This document shows positions 28,040 to 37,542 of a stretch of 46,817 nt of DNA, piece by piece. The stretch is from Terriglobia bacterium. Lineage in GTDB: Bacteria; Acidobacteriota; Terriglobia; Versatilivoradales; Versatilivoraceae. Position 1 is the stretch's first letter; the number at the start of each line of letters is the position of its first letter. Position numbers and translations under genes: made by a program. The DNA is taken from NCBI GenBank assembly GCA_035541995.1, contig DATKMG010000695.1, forward strand, positions 1-46,817, in the 5' to 3' direction. The notes beneath the pieces were generated by a model, which searched no databases, was not told the DNA's origin, and saw only the letters and a program-made list of their open reading frames with translations.

Positions 28040-28933
28040 GTGCACCCTACTCCATCCATCACACGACGTCACTTCATCCAGGTCTGTGCTGCTGTAGGAT
28101 TCTCCGCGGCCTCAGCCCACGCCACCCCCTCCAACAAGGAGAAGGGCTGGCAAATCGGTTGCTTCACCCGTCCATGGAGTGAGTTCGAGGTTGAAACCAT
28201 TTTCGACGCCATCTCCAAAGCAGGCTTTCACTATGTAGGGCTCATGTCTGCGGCGCCAGACAGTCAATTGATCATCTCTTTGTCGACCAAGGAAGAGAGA
28301 GCTGTACGGATCGGGTCAGAGGCCAAGTCCCGCGGACTCGGCATACTATCTAACTTTGCAGGTGATTTTGGGGTGCAGCAATCAAAGCAGTCCGGCATTG
28401 ACAACCTGCGCCGGCTCATCGATCTCTCTGTTGCGTGTGGATCGAAGTCTCTGCTACTCGGGGGGACTGAAAAATCCGAACTCTTTGATGCTTATTATCA
28501 TGCGGTGGCCAATTGTTGCGATGAAGCAATGAAAAAGGGGATCCAATTGACCCTCAAGCCCCACGGTGGCCTGAATTCAACGGGTCCCGAGTGCCGCAAA
28601 ATTATTGAAAGAGTGGGGCACCGGAATTTCCGATTGTGGTATGACCCCGGGAATATTTTTTATTACTCCAACGGACAGCTCGACCCGGTACAAGACGCAG
28701 AGAGTGTAAACGGAATAGTCACCGGCATGTGCGTCAAAGATTATCAGCATCCCGAGGATGTAGAGATCACTCCCGGCACCGGGAAAGTCAATTTCCCTGA
28801 AGTGATCTCACGATTGAAAAAAGGCGGCTTTAAGTCCGGGCCATTGTTGATCGAATGCCTGAAGAAAGGGGACCTGGAATCGTTACAGCGCGAGGCGATA
28901 AGGGCACGGCAGTCCCTTGAATCGTGGCTTTAG
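28040..28933 (+). CDS. Tat-exported sugar phosphate isomerase/epimerase (xylose isomerase-like TIM barrel)
   Basis: The start is a GTG after GAGAGGAGA. The twin-arginine signal is ITRRHFIQVCAAVGFSAASAHA. The TIM-barrel family pattern includes WQIGCFTRPWSEF, LLLGG, KPHGG and WYDPGNIFYY. Confidence 0.75.
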   Translation: MHPTPSITRRHFIQVCAAVGFSAASAHATPSNKEKGWQIGCFTRPWSEFEVETIFDAISKAGFHYVGLMSAAPDSQLIISLSTKEERAVRIGSEAKSRGLGILSNFAGDFGVQQSKQSGIDNLRRLIDLSVACGSKSLLLGGTEKSELFDAYYHAVANCCDEAMKKGIQLTLKPHGGLNSTGPECRKIIERVGHRNFRLWYDPGNIFYYSNGQLDPVQDAESVNGIVTGMCVKDYQHPEDVEITPGTGKVNFPEVISRLKKGGFKSGPLLIECLKKGDLESLQREAIRARQSLESWL

Positions 28934-28968
28934 CTTGGAATGCTCGCCATAAGGCCCGACCTGCAATT

Positions 28969-29142
28969 CACACCACAAAGACACAAAGGCACCAAGGCAA
29001 GCCCGGCAATGCAGATCCATCAAGGCATATCAGAATCCCGGCTCTTGCCAATATCTAAGGGGTTGTTCAATCCAAGGCAAGATTCCGTACAATGCCAGGC
29101 TGGGCAGAAATTTGGAGTCTTTCTTTGTGCCTTTGTGGTGAG
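28969..29142. repeat. Copy 2 of the CACCAC/AAAGACAC terminal-inverted-repeat element
   Basis: The left end is cacaccacaaagacacaaaggcaccaagg. The right end is tctttctttgtgcctttgtggtgag. The 22-nt right flank gtggtgagaaaccggggctaac matches gtggtgagaatcaggggctaat of copy 1. Confidence 0.6.
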
Positions 29143-29253
29143 AAACCGGGGCTAACAGAGTCCGGGAGCCTTTAATTATTGAATGACCCCCGGATTATAT
29201 TCGAGGCATAACCGACCGGTCTCGCGACCGGAATGTGTGACCTTCATCTTGAT

Positions 29254-29943
29254 CTAATCGTTAGTGTCGCTACTGCCAGACCCCTTTCCGGGTCCCATCT
29301 TCAATTCCACGTCCTTAACAATATCTCCTGCGGAATTGACCACCACCAGGTGATGATCCAGTTCGCTTACCTCAGTCGTATCCACCGAGGGGTTCTCTTT
29401 CAGGTTACGGACAGTCATATAGGCTAAGACCTGGTTGTCGATGTTCCTGACGCGAAGCGAGCCTACAAACCCGGCGATATCGACGATGACTGCTGACTTC
29501 AAAGCCGTGTCGTCATAGGGACTGGGGATGATATACAAAGTGGTCTTGGCATTTGTAGGAAACTTCCCGGGCCCAACGTTCTTCCATTGATTCGGATCAG
29601 GAATAGTGACAAAAAGTTCGTTAGTTCCGCCAAACGCAAAAAGAGAAGGAAAACCGGGGAGTGCCAGGTCATGGGAGTCCCCGCTTAACGGGACTACCTG
29701 GAAACTCCACGAAGCCGTTACCTCTGTACCGGATGTGGTATCCGTACCTGTCGATCCCACCTGTCGGTATAGCTTGACAAAAGTCCCATCCTGGCTGATT
29801 ACTGAGTGGTGGACCGCCCAAAAGAGAAAGTGACCAACGGCTCTGCCGCGAACTAGGGTTCCCAGATCTTGGGAGGGAACGGGTGTAGGAAGAATCAAGA
29901 GAAGAAACAATGCAAGTCCCACAAGTAACCGTCTGCTTTTCAT
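29254..29943 (-). CDS. Secreted hypothetical protein
   Basis: AAGGAG lies upstream of ATG 29943. The signal peptide is MKSRRLLVGLALFLLLILPTPVPSQ. I recognised no domain. Confidence 0.55.
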   Translation of the reverse strand: MKSRRLLVGLALFLLLILPTPVPSQDLGTLVRGRAVGHFLFWAVHHSVISQDGTFVKLYRQVGSTGTDTTSGTEVTASWSFQVVPLSGDSHDLALPGFPSLFAFGGTNELFVTIPDPNQWKNVGPGKFPTNAKTTLYIIPSPYDDTALKSAVIVDIAGFVGSLRVRNIDNQVLAYMTVRNLKENPSVDTTEVSELDHHLVVVNSAGDIVKDVELKMGPGKGSGSSDTND

Positions 29944-30242
29944 GAATTTCTCCTTGATGTTCTAGGGTCTGATCCGGGAGAATTTGGTAACGGCCTCAGC
30001 CGTTGGGCCCGGTTCAGTCGGTTCCAAGCTGTTTCTCATCACATTAAACACCAAGGCAATGGAAAAGTTGCGTGCCGTAACGAATGGGCGTCAGACACGG
30101 CTAACTTCTTCTGCTTTCATTGCTTACTGCCCCTGTTTTTGTAAGAGATCCACCGGTGAGGATTTGCCGTCGGGTACGGTCTTCTACTATATGCCCCCTT
30201 TTGTAAATGATGTTACGGTTTCGGAATTGTGACCCTCCGGAG

Positions 30243-31475
30243 TCAATCCAAAGGCTTCTCCTCAGGGGGCTTCAGGCTGCGGAAGTCACGGAACAATAGC
30301 AGGTCATAGACGATCTTCAATCCCCCGGCCAAAAAGAAGGGAAACCCAAGGAGGGCAGGAAGGGCCATGAACTGCCCGCTCAATGCTGGGGCAAGAGACG
30401 CCCCGACGGAACGAGCCACGTTGGTTACTCCAGAGGCAGCGGACCGTTCGTCAGGACAAACCACTGCCATGGTGTAGGATTGGCGCGTGGGCACATCCAT
30501 TTGTGAAATGCTGAATCGCAGGAGCAGGACAAGGATTGCTAGCCAGGCGTGAGGCATCAACGGCACAAGGATTAGCAGGATGTTAGAAGGGATATGCGTA
30601 AAGACCATTGTGTTGATCAGGCCAATTCTCGCGGCGAGACGAACTGATAAAAGCGATGAAATACCGGCCAGGAGGTTTGCACCGAAGAAGATACTGCCGA
30701 GTGTGGCCGGGGCCAGGCCAAACTTGACATGAAACCAATAAGCCATGATGCTTTGCACTATGAACCCCCCTGCGAAAGCATCCAGTGCAAACAGTCTGCT
30801 TAGGTGAATCACCACTTTGCGGGATTGATGTAACCCTAATAAGCGCTTACCGGAAGCTCCCTGTAGGATTCGCACAGTTTCAATGGCTGGCGAAAGACAA
30901 GCAAACAACAGGACAAGCAGAACTCCGATTGCCGAGTAGGCGATCAGGATTGCCCGGTAAGCCGCAAGTAAAGAGACCTCGGCAACCTGCAAGGAATGAA
31001 TCAGGCCTCCGCCCGCCAGAGCTCCCAAGGCTGTGGAAAATGACCCGACCAGGTTGTACCAGGCGAAAACCCCGGTGCGTTTCCGACTTGGGACAAGCTG
31101 CGATAAGGCCGCTTGCTCGATAGAAAGAAAGGGCCCGATCTCGTTGCCGCTGGGACTGATTATTCCGACTATAGCTGCCAGTGTTAGAAGCCAGAAGTTG
31201 TCTGTAAATGCAAAGGTCACACTGGCCAGGATCATCAGGGCGGCGCCAACGATCAACATGAACCTTCTGCCAATGTGGTCAGCAACCGTAGTGATCCACA
31301 GCGATATCGCTACGTCGCCTGCCAGTGTCAAACTGAGCAATAACCCGATCCTCTGATCAGTCAGACCAATCTGCGCCAGGTACAAAGCCAGCACGATGGA
31401 TAAGAGACCATATGCAAACAACCGGCTGATTCTGGTGGCAAAAAGAAGGGCGGTGTCAGTCCCCGGTAATTTCAT
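30243..31475 (-). CDS. MFS transporter
   Basis: It is 410 aa with about 12 hydrophobic segments and an MFS loop motif ADHIGRRFMLIVG between TM2 and TM3. Confidence 0.8.
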   Translation of the reverse strand: MKLPGTDTALLFATRISRLFAYGLLSIVLALYLAQIGLTDQRIGLLLSLTLAGDVAISLWITTVADHIGRRFMLIVGAALMILASVTFAFTDNFWLLTLAAIVGIISPSGNEIGPFLSIEQAALSQLVPSRKRTGVFAWYNLVGSFSTALGALAGGGLIHSLQVAEVSLLAAYRAILIAYSAIGVLLVLLFACLSPAIETVRILQGASGKRLLGLHQSRKVVIHLSRLFALDAFAGGFIVQSIMAYWFHVKFGLAPATLGSIFFGANLLAGISSLLSVRLAARIGLINTMVFTHIPSNILLILVPLMPHAWLAILVLLLRFSISQMDVPTRQSYTMAVVCPDERSAASGVTNVARSVGASLAPALSGQFMALPALLGFPFFLAGGLKIVYDLLLFRDFRSLKPPEEKPLD

Positions 31476-31627
31476 TCAGGGTGTTCGTTGTTCGCTCAGG
31501 AAGCAGGCTCAGACAGATTCTATACATTTTATCTTGATGTCGTGAAACCAAACTCCTGAATCTTGCACTTATTTCGATGATAGCTGGAACTTTTTTCCTT
31601 CCGTTGCGTACAGTTAGCACAGGGAGA

Positions 31628-32890
31628 ATGTTGAAATGGAGGTGCCTTTTGGCCAAAAAAAGAGTTTTTACGATCACTTTTCTTTCCACGGTAGGTTTGA
31701 TTTTGTTCCTGGGAGGTTACTGGGTTTTTGCGGCTCTTTTCTCGGTGGATAAAACCATTCCAGTTGAAAAATTGGCGAAAGCAGAAAAAGGATCCATTGC
31801 CAAGTCCGTGGTTGCTACCGGCAAGGTTGAGCCTCTGTCAAAAGTGGAAATAAAGTCTAAGGCCAGTGGAATCATCAAATACCTTTATGTAAACGTAGGT
31901 GACAAGGTCAAAGAAGGTCAACTCCTGGTCGAGCTGGATAAAGAGGCTTTGGATGCACAATTGAAGGAAGCCCGGGCCGTGTTGAGAGCTTCTGAGGGTC
32001 AATTGCAGGAATTGTTGTCACAGGGAAAGACCTTCAAGGCCAGTTTATACAAGGCTCAACTCGAGGCTGAATATAAAGACCACGATTTTCTAGTAACGGA
32101 GTTCGCTCGTCGCAAGGAATTGTTCGGCCAGGGCCTGATTCCACGCTCAGAACTCGATTCCTGGGAACAGAAGTTAAAAGCGTCTGAAATTACAAAGAAG
32201 TCGTTGCAGGCAGAAGTTACAGTCAGAGAGGCCGAGATCGAGCATAACAAGAAGACGATAGAAAAGGCCCAGGCAGAAATCGTACAAGCCCAAGCCCAAT
32301 TGGAAAGGGCTGAAGAGAATCTAAAGTATGCCTCTATTCGTGCCCCCATCAGCGGGATTGTGTTGAGCCGGGAATTGGAAGTCGGCGATGCAGTTTCCTC
32401 AATCCTGCAGTTAGGCTCCAATGCCACCCTCATCATGACCCTTGGAGATGTGCAGGAAGTATACGTGAAAGGCAAAGTGGATGAGACCGACATTGGCGTT
32501 GTACAGGTTGGCCAGCCCGTTAGGATAACTGTGGACGCCTACAAAAAGAGAACTTTCGAAGGAAAAGTTTTCCGCATTGCCCCCATGGGTGTCGAAAAAG
32601 ACAATGTCACCCGGTTTGAAGTCCGGGTTTCCATTCTCAATGATATTGACTTGTTAAAAGCCAATATGAGTGCCAATGCTGAAATTGTTTTGGAAGAGCA
32701 CACCAATGTCCTCCTGATACCGGAAAGCTCACTCATTTACAATGAAAAGCGAGACACCTTCGTGGAGGTTCCCGATTCCAATGCAAGAAATGGACGACGC
32801 CAGATCCCTGTCAAGATTGGATTGGGGAACGGGAGTCGCGCGGAAGTTCTGGACGGTCTGAAACTGGGTGATCAAGTGGTATTACAGTAA
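31628..32890 (+). CDS. Membrane-fusion (HlyD/MacA-like) periplasmic adaptor
   Basis: It has a TM anchor (FTITFLSTVGLILFLGGYWVF), a lipoyl-like segment (ATGKVEPLSKVEIKSKASGIIKYLYVNVGDKVKEGQLLVELD), a long coiled coil and a beta-barrel (RAPISGIVLSRELEVGD). ATG 31628 follows GGGAGA. Confidence 0.8.
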   Translation: MLKWRCLLAKKRVFTITFLSTVGLILFLGGYWVFAALFSVDKTIPVEKLAKAEKGSIAKSVVATGKVEPLSKVEIKSKASGIIKYLYVNVGDKVKEGQLLVELDKEALDAQLKEARAVLRASEGQLQELLSQGKTFKASLYKAQLEAEYKDHDFLVTEFARRKELFGQGLIPRSELDSWEQKLKASEITKKSLQAEVTVREAEIEHNKKTIEKAQAEIVQAQAQLERAEENLKYASIRAPISGIVLSRELEVGDAVSSILQLGSNATLIMTLGDVQEVYVKGKVDETDIGVVQVGQPVRITVDAYKKRTFEGKVFRIAPMGVEKDNVTRFEVRVSILNDIDLLKANMSANAEIVLEEHTNVLLIPESSLIYNEKRDTFVEVPDSNARNGRRQIPVKIGLGNGSRAEVLDGLKLGDQVVLQ

Positions 32891-33014
32891 GGCAAACGAG
32901 TCAGGGAATACTGAAGGGTCGCGTGGGTGACTGCTGTTACCCGTCGCGAATGGCCCCGGCAGAGCGGGCCGACAAGAACGCATCCTCATGAGAGGGTTTT
33001 AAGGAGCCTGGTAG

Positions 33015-34259
33015 ATGGATTTGATTCGACAGACCTGGATGACCTTGAAGGCCAACAAGACTCGCAGCTTCCTGACCATGTTCGGGATTGCTTGGGGGTT
33101 GATTTGCCTGATCCTCATGACCGCCATTGGGGAAGGCATGTGGGTCGCCCAAAAACGGAAAGCTGCGAGCCTTGGGCAGAATATCATGATTGTCTGGGGC
33201 GGAATGACGAGCAAAGGTGGCGAAGGGGTTCGGGCGGGGCGCAACATCCGCCTAACTTTGGAAGATTATTTCACGTTGAAAAGTGAAGCCTCTTACCTTC
33301 AGCGGTTGAGTCCCGAGATTGAACGTTACTTGCCGGTCCGATCAAGTCTTAACAACGGCAGTTTTAGCATTCATGGAATTTTCCCCGATTACATGCAGAT
33401 GCGAACGATTGAAGTGCACCCGGATGGGAGAGTTATCCATGAAGGGGACAATTCTAATGCACAACGTGTCTGTATTTTGGGCGATGAAGTCAAAACCCAG
33501 CTGTTTGACAAAACAAACCCGGTCGGTCAAACCATCAGCATTGGCGGATTTCCGTACCTTGTCATTGGCGAGCTGGTGCACAAGGATCAAAACAGCAATT
33601 ACAGCGGCCCCGATGCGCAGATGATTTATGTCCCCTTTTACTCGGTGGCCAAGGACTTTCCGATTCCAGATGCTTCGGAGGGGAAGTTTCAGATCAGCAA
33701 TTTGATTCTCCAACCCAAAAGCGAAAGTCTGGGGGAAGCAGCCGAATTGCAGGTGCGAGCCATATTGGCGAAGTATAAGGATTTCGATTATCTAGATAAA
33801 GACGCTCTACCCATCTGGAACACGATTACCGGGGCAAAATTTATCCATAAACTATTTTCCTCTATGAGAGTCTTCCTGGGGACCGTTGCCGTCGTCACTC
33901 TTATTTTGGGAGGCATCGGCATCATGAACATCATGCTACTGACGGTCCAGGAAAGAACACGTGAAATAGGAGTTCGCAAATCCATCGGAGCGACCAGCCG
34001 GGACATTTTGCTGCAATTCTTTGCCGAGGCCATGACTCTAACTTTCAGCGCCGGCTTGGTGGGGATCGGTGTAGGCTGGGGGATCTGCGCCTTGTTTAAC
34101 CTTCTACCCAAGATCGACTTTTTTGCGGGATTGATCGTAACGCCTGAAATTGGGCTGATGGCTTTCGGGTTCCTGATATTGGTGGGGGTTCTGTCGGGGA
34201 TTTACCCGGCTTTTATGGCATCTCTGATCAATCCTATTGAGGCCTTGAGGTACGAGTGA
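33015..34259 (+). CDS. MacB-type ABC transporter permease (periplasmic core domain plus FtsX domain), no fused ATPase
   Basis: The N-terminal TM region is RSFLTMFGIAWGLICLILM, followed by a ~230-aa external domain. The C-terminal FtsX region carries VQERTREIGVRKSIGAT and ends NPIEALRYE. Confidence 0.8.
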   Translation: MDLIRQTWMTLKANKTRSFLTMFGIAWGLICLILMTAIGEGMWVAQKRKAASLGQNIMIVWGGMTSKGGEGVRAGRNIRLTLEDYFTLKSEASYLQRLSPEIERYLPVRSSLNNGSFSIHGIFPDYMQMRTIEVHPDGRVIHEGDNSNAQRVCILGDEVKTQLFDKTNPVGQTISIGGFPYLVIGELVHKDQNSNYSGPDAQMIYVPFYSVAKDFPIPDASEGKFQISNLILQPKSESLGEAAELQVRAILAKYKDFDYLDKDALPIWNTITGAKFIHKLFSSMRVFLGTVAVVTLILGGIGIMNIMLLTVQERTREIGVRKSIGATSRDILLQFFAEAMTLTFSAGLVGIGVGWGICALFNLLPKIDFFAGLIVTPEIGLMAFGFLILVGVLSGIYPAFMASLINPIEALRYE

Positions 34260-35512
34260 TGATTTGGGAAGTCTCCAAAAGAGCATTCTTGAATCTCGTC
34301 GCGTATAGGAAGCGATCCGTGATGACCATCCTGGGTATTACATGGGGGATTGCCTCGTTTATTCTGTTGGTGGCTTATGGGGATGGATTTAGTCGGGCCA
34401 TGATGCTGGGGTTAAGTTATTTTGGCGACAACGTGGTCGTGCTCTGGAACGGGCAAACCTCCATGCAGGCCGGGGGGGCCAAGGCCGGGCGACCAGTGCA
34501 AACGACCCCCGGCGACGTGGAGGCTATCCGCCAGCGAGCCACTTTGGTGAAACGAGTCAGTCCCGAAAACTTCGATTATATGCAGTTTCGATGGGGAGAT
34601 CGGATGGCCAGTGCCGGGGTGCGCGCTGTCAATCAGGAATATGGAGTGATCCGAGGCATGTTCATCAGCGAAGGCCGTTTCCTGAACGCGGATGATCTGG
34701 CTAATATGCGCCGAGTGGTCGTCCTCGGCTATGATCTCAAACAAAAACTCTTCAGCCGCTCCCCCGCACTGGGAGAAGACGTCTCCATCGCAGGGGTTCG
34801 GTTTGCGGTCATCGGAATCTTGAAGAAGAAAATTGCCATCTCCAACTATTTCACCCAGGATGATATGTGCGGCATGATTCCCATCAACGTTATGGGGACC
34901 ATGAGGGACATCCGATACAACAGTGTCTTAGTGTTTCAGCCCGTCAGTGGTCCCATGGAGGAAAAGGCGGTCCGACAAGTGATGACTGTCATGGGTGAAA
35001 TTCATAAATTCAACCCCAAGGACGAGAAGGCCCTGTTTCCACAACGTTTCAGCATGGTTTTTGGGATCATCAACGGTCTCAACACCGCGGTCAAGGTTCT
35101 CATGATTATTGTCGGGTTCTTCACTCTTGCCGTGGCCGGTGTCGGCATTATGAACATCATGCTGTTTTGTGTCCAGGAACGGACTCGAGAGATCGGCTTG
35201 TTGAAGGCCCTGGGGGCTCATCGATGGCACATCAAGCTTCAATTTTTGGGTGAGGCGTTGGCCATGACCATCATTGGCGGAATTGTCGGCTATTTTGTGG
35301 CAGGCGGAATTGCCTATGTTGTCGGGGCCATTCCCTTCTTGAGCGAAGTATTCGAAGACAAAAGTCGTCAGGGGGATATATACCTTTTAGTCGATAGCCA
35401 TTCTTTCATCGTTTCTTTTGGCACTCTCTCCATAATCGGCTTGTTGTCCGGACTCTGGCCGGCTCTGAAAGCTGCCCGCCTGAATCCGGTTGAAGCACTC
35501 AGATATGAATGA
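34259..35512 (+). CDS. Second MacB-type ABC transporter permease (paralogue)
   Basis: It has the same architecture (RSVMTILGITWGIASFILL, VQERTREIGLLKALGAH, NPVEALRYE). Its ATG overlaps the upstream TGA (TGATG). An in-frame GTG at 34256 is also possible. Confidence 0.8.
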   Translation: MIWEVSKRAFLNLVAYRKRSVMTILGITWGIASFILLVAYGDGFSRAMMLGLSYFGDNVVVLWNGQTSMQAGGAKAGRPVQTTPGDVEAIRQRATLVKRVSPENFDYMQFRWGDRMASAGVRAVNQEYGVIRGMFISEGRFLNADDLANMRRVVVLGYDLKQKLFSRSPALGEDVSIAGVRFAVIGILKKKIAISNYFTQDDMCGMIPINVMGTMRDIRYNSVLVFQPVSGPMEEKAVRQVMTVMGEIHKFNPKDEKALFPQRFSMVFGIINGLNTAVKVLMIIVGFFTLAVAGVGIMNIMLFCVQERTREIGLLKALGAHRWHIKLQFLGEALAMTIIGGIVGYFVAGGIAYVVGAIPFLSEVFEDKSRQGDIYLLVDSHSFIVSFGTLSIIGLLSGLWPALKAARLNPVEALRYE

Positions 35513-36006
35513 AGGCCTGGTTCACTGCTTTTCCCTCTCCCGTTCGTCTCCTTTCCAACACTTTCAATCCGGTTTGTGGCATCGCCTGGCACTCATCTTA
35601 GTCGAGTAAAGAGTTAGTGGGTCGTGACAAGTCATAATTGGGGACTCTGTCAGGAACCCAGTGCTTAACGTGGAAGATCCAGCAATGTTCCCGTTTGGTA
35701 TTTGCAAAAGTGGATGACTTCGGTCAAACTCGCCCGTAGGTTTTGCAGCAGTTGCTTCTTGGTAGGTTCGGTAACCTCCCGAACAAGGTTCACGTCCTTC
35801 TCCACATTGTTGGCAAACACTCGCAAAGATGGCCCATGACCCTTTCAAGTTCACTACTGCGGATGGAAGAGTTGCAGTCTTATCGATGAATGTGGGAGCC
35901 GCACTCCGTGCGGCGATTTGCTGCTGGGATGAACGACCGCCGGAGTCGCTGCCCGAGGTCGGCTCCCACATTGAAAGCCGGCTTTTCACAAAAAAGGAGG
36001 CAAGCA

Positions 36007-37530
36007 ATGATACCCAAGAAATGTTTTAACCGCCGTGAGTTCCTGGGCTCAGCAGCTACGACGCTGGCCGTTTCAATTGTGCCCAGGCATGTTTTGGGAG
36101 GGCCCGGATACGTCGCTCCGAGCGATAAGATCGCCTTGGCTTACATCGGTTGTGGCACCCAGGGATTAAGGGAAATGATGCGAGTAGTCGCAAATCCTGA
36201 AGTCCAAATAGTTGCTGTCTGCGATCCCGAAAAAGACAATACCAATTACGTGGACTGGTCCCCGAATGACATTCGAGACAGCGTCAGGGAACTCTTAGAG
36301 AATCCCACGTGGGGTGAGGGAGTTAAAGGGATCCGGGCAGGTAGAGAGGTTGGGAAAGAGGTTGTAGAAACGTACTACGCCAAAAAGAGATCCTCAGAAA
36401 AGTATAAGGGATGCTCCACTTACGCTGATTTCCGGGAATTATTGGAAAAAGAAAAGGATTTGGACGCAGTCAAGATAATGACCCCGGACCATCTGCATGC
36501 GACGATTTCCATTGCGGCCATGAAGAAGGGGAAACATGTCGTCATGCATAAACCACTGGCGAATAGGGTATCTGAAGTCAGGTTGGTGGTTGAAACCGCT
36601 CGTAAGACCGGAGTTGCCACACACTTATCTGCATGGGGACACTCGATTGACAGCGTGAGGGATATGATCAAGGATGGCGCCATTGGCACGCTTCGGGAAG
36701 TACATAACTGGACAGACAGACCCTTTTGGCCTCAATTTCAAAGCCTTCCCACGGACCGGCCGCCGGTTCCTGCCAGCTTTGATTGGAATCTGTGGCTGGG
36801 GCCTGAACTCGATCGTCCCTACCACCCTAATTACACACATGCCGTATTTCGCGGCTGGTACGACTTTGGAGGTGGGTCTATAGCAGACATGGGTAATTAC
36901 AGTCTGTGGCCGATCTTTATGGCGCTGGACTTGCCAGTCCCAAGCAGCATCGAGGCAACTCCTAGTTCTTACGTTGAAATAGTAGATCAAATAAGCGCCG
37001 TTAAGATGAATGACTTTTCTTTCCCGAATGCCTGCAGAGTTCGCTTTAAGTTTCCGGCACAAGGAAACAGACCTCCCTTGAGCTTATATTGGTATGACGG
37101 GGGAATGAGGCCATTTACTCCTGAAGAACTGGAAATCGACAAGAAGGCCATGCCTGCGACTGGCACAATGTTTGTCGGTGATAAGGGAACAATTCTCGAC
37201 GGTCGGCTCATACCCGAGAAGAGGATGAGTGAATATCAGGGGGGAAAGGCGATTTCGCAGCAAGAGCGCAGACGTGGCGGACCCAGAGACAATGATTGGA
37301 TAATTGCCTTTAAAGGTGGGAAACCTTCCCCAGGCAATTTCCTAAACGCAGCAGCGTGCTCGGAAACCATTTCCCTGGCGGGCGCTGTAATACGATTTAG
37401 TAGAAGAAACTTCCGTGAAGGCCAGACCACTCCGCCATTGGAGTGGGACGCTCAAGATATGAAATTTACCAATTTGGCCGAAGCGAACCAATTCCTGTAT
37501 CGCGAATACCGACAAGGATGGAAACTGTAA
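36007..37530 (+). CDS. Tat-exported Gfo/Idh/MocA-family oxidoreductase
   Basis: ATG 36007 follows AAGGAGG. The twin-arginine signal is NRREFLGSAATTLAVSIVP. The Rossmann segment is IALAYIGCGTQG, and later motifs are DAVKIMTPDHLH and KHVVMHKPLA. Confidence 0.8.
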   Translation: MIPKKCFNRREFLGSAATTLAVSIVPRHVLGGPGYVAPSDKIALAYIGCGTQGLREMMRVVANPEVQIVAVCDPEKDNTNYVDWSPNDIRDSVRELLENPTWGEGVKGIRAGREVGKEVVETYYAKKRSSEKYKGCSTYADFRELLEKEKDLDAVKIMTPDHLHATISIAAMKKGKHVVMHKPLANRVSEVRLVVETARKTGVATHLSAWGHSIDSVRDMIKDGAIGTLREVHNWTDRPFWPQFQSLPTDRPPVPASFDWNLWLGPELDRPYHPNYTHAVFRGWYDFGGGSIADMGNYSLWPIFMALDLPVPSSIEATPSSYVEIVDQISAVKMNDFSFPNACRVRFKFPAQGNRPPLSLYWYDGGMRPFTPEELEIDKKAMPATGTMFVGDKGTILDGRLIPEKRMSEYQGGKAISQQERRRGGPRDNDWIIAFKGGKPSPGNFLNAAACSETISLAGAVIRFSRRNFREGQTTPPLEWDAQDMKFTNLAEANQFLYREYRQGWKL

Positions 37531-37542
37531 AGGAGAACGTCA

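Noticed and set aside
29984-30232. An 82-aa plus-strand ORF between the secreted hypothetical gene and the MFS gene.
   Set aside because: It has no SD and no motif, and it sits in a promoter/terminator spacer. Support is insufficient.
35564-36007. A 147-aa minus-strand ORF in the 494-nt region upstream of the Tat oxidoreductase, and a short third-frame peptide (..VFANNVEKDVNLVREVTEPTKKQLLQNL..).
   Set aside because: There is no SD and no recognisable motif. The ORF would run antisense into the oxidoreductase start region. The short peptide has no start codon and is too short to support.
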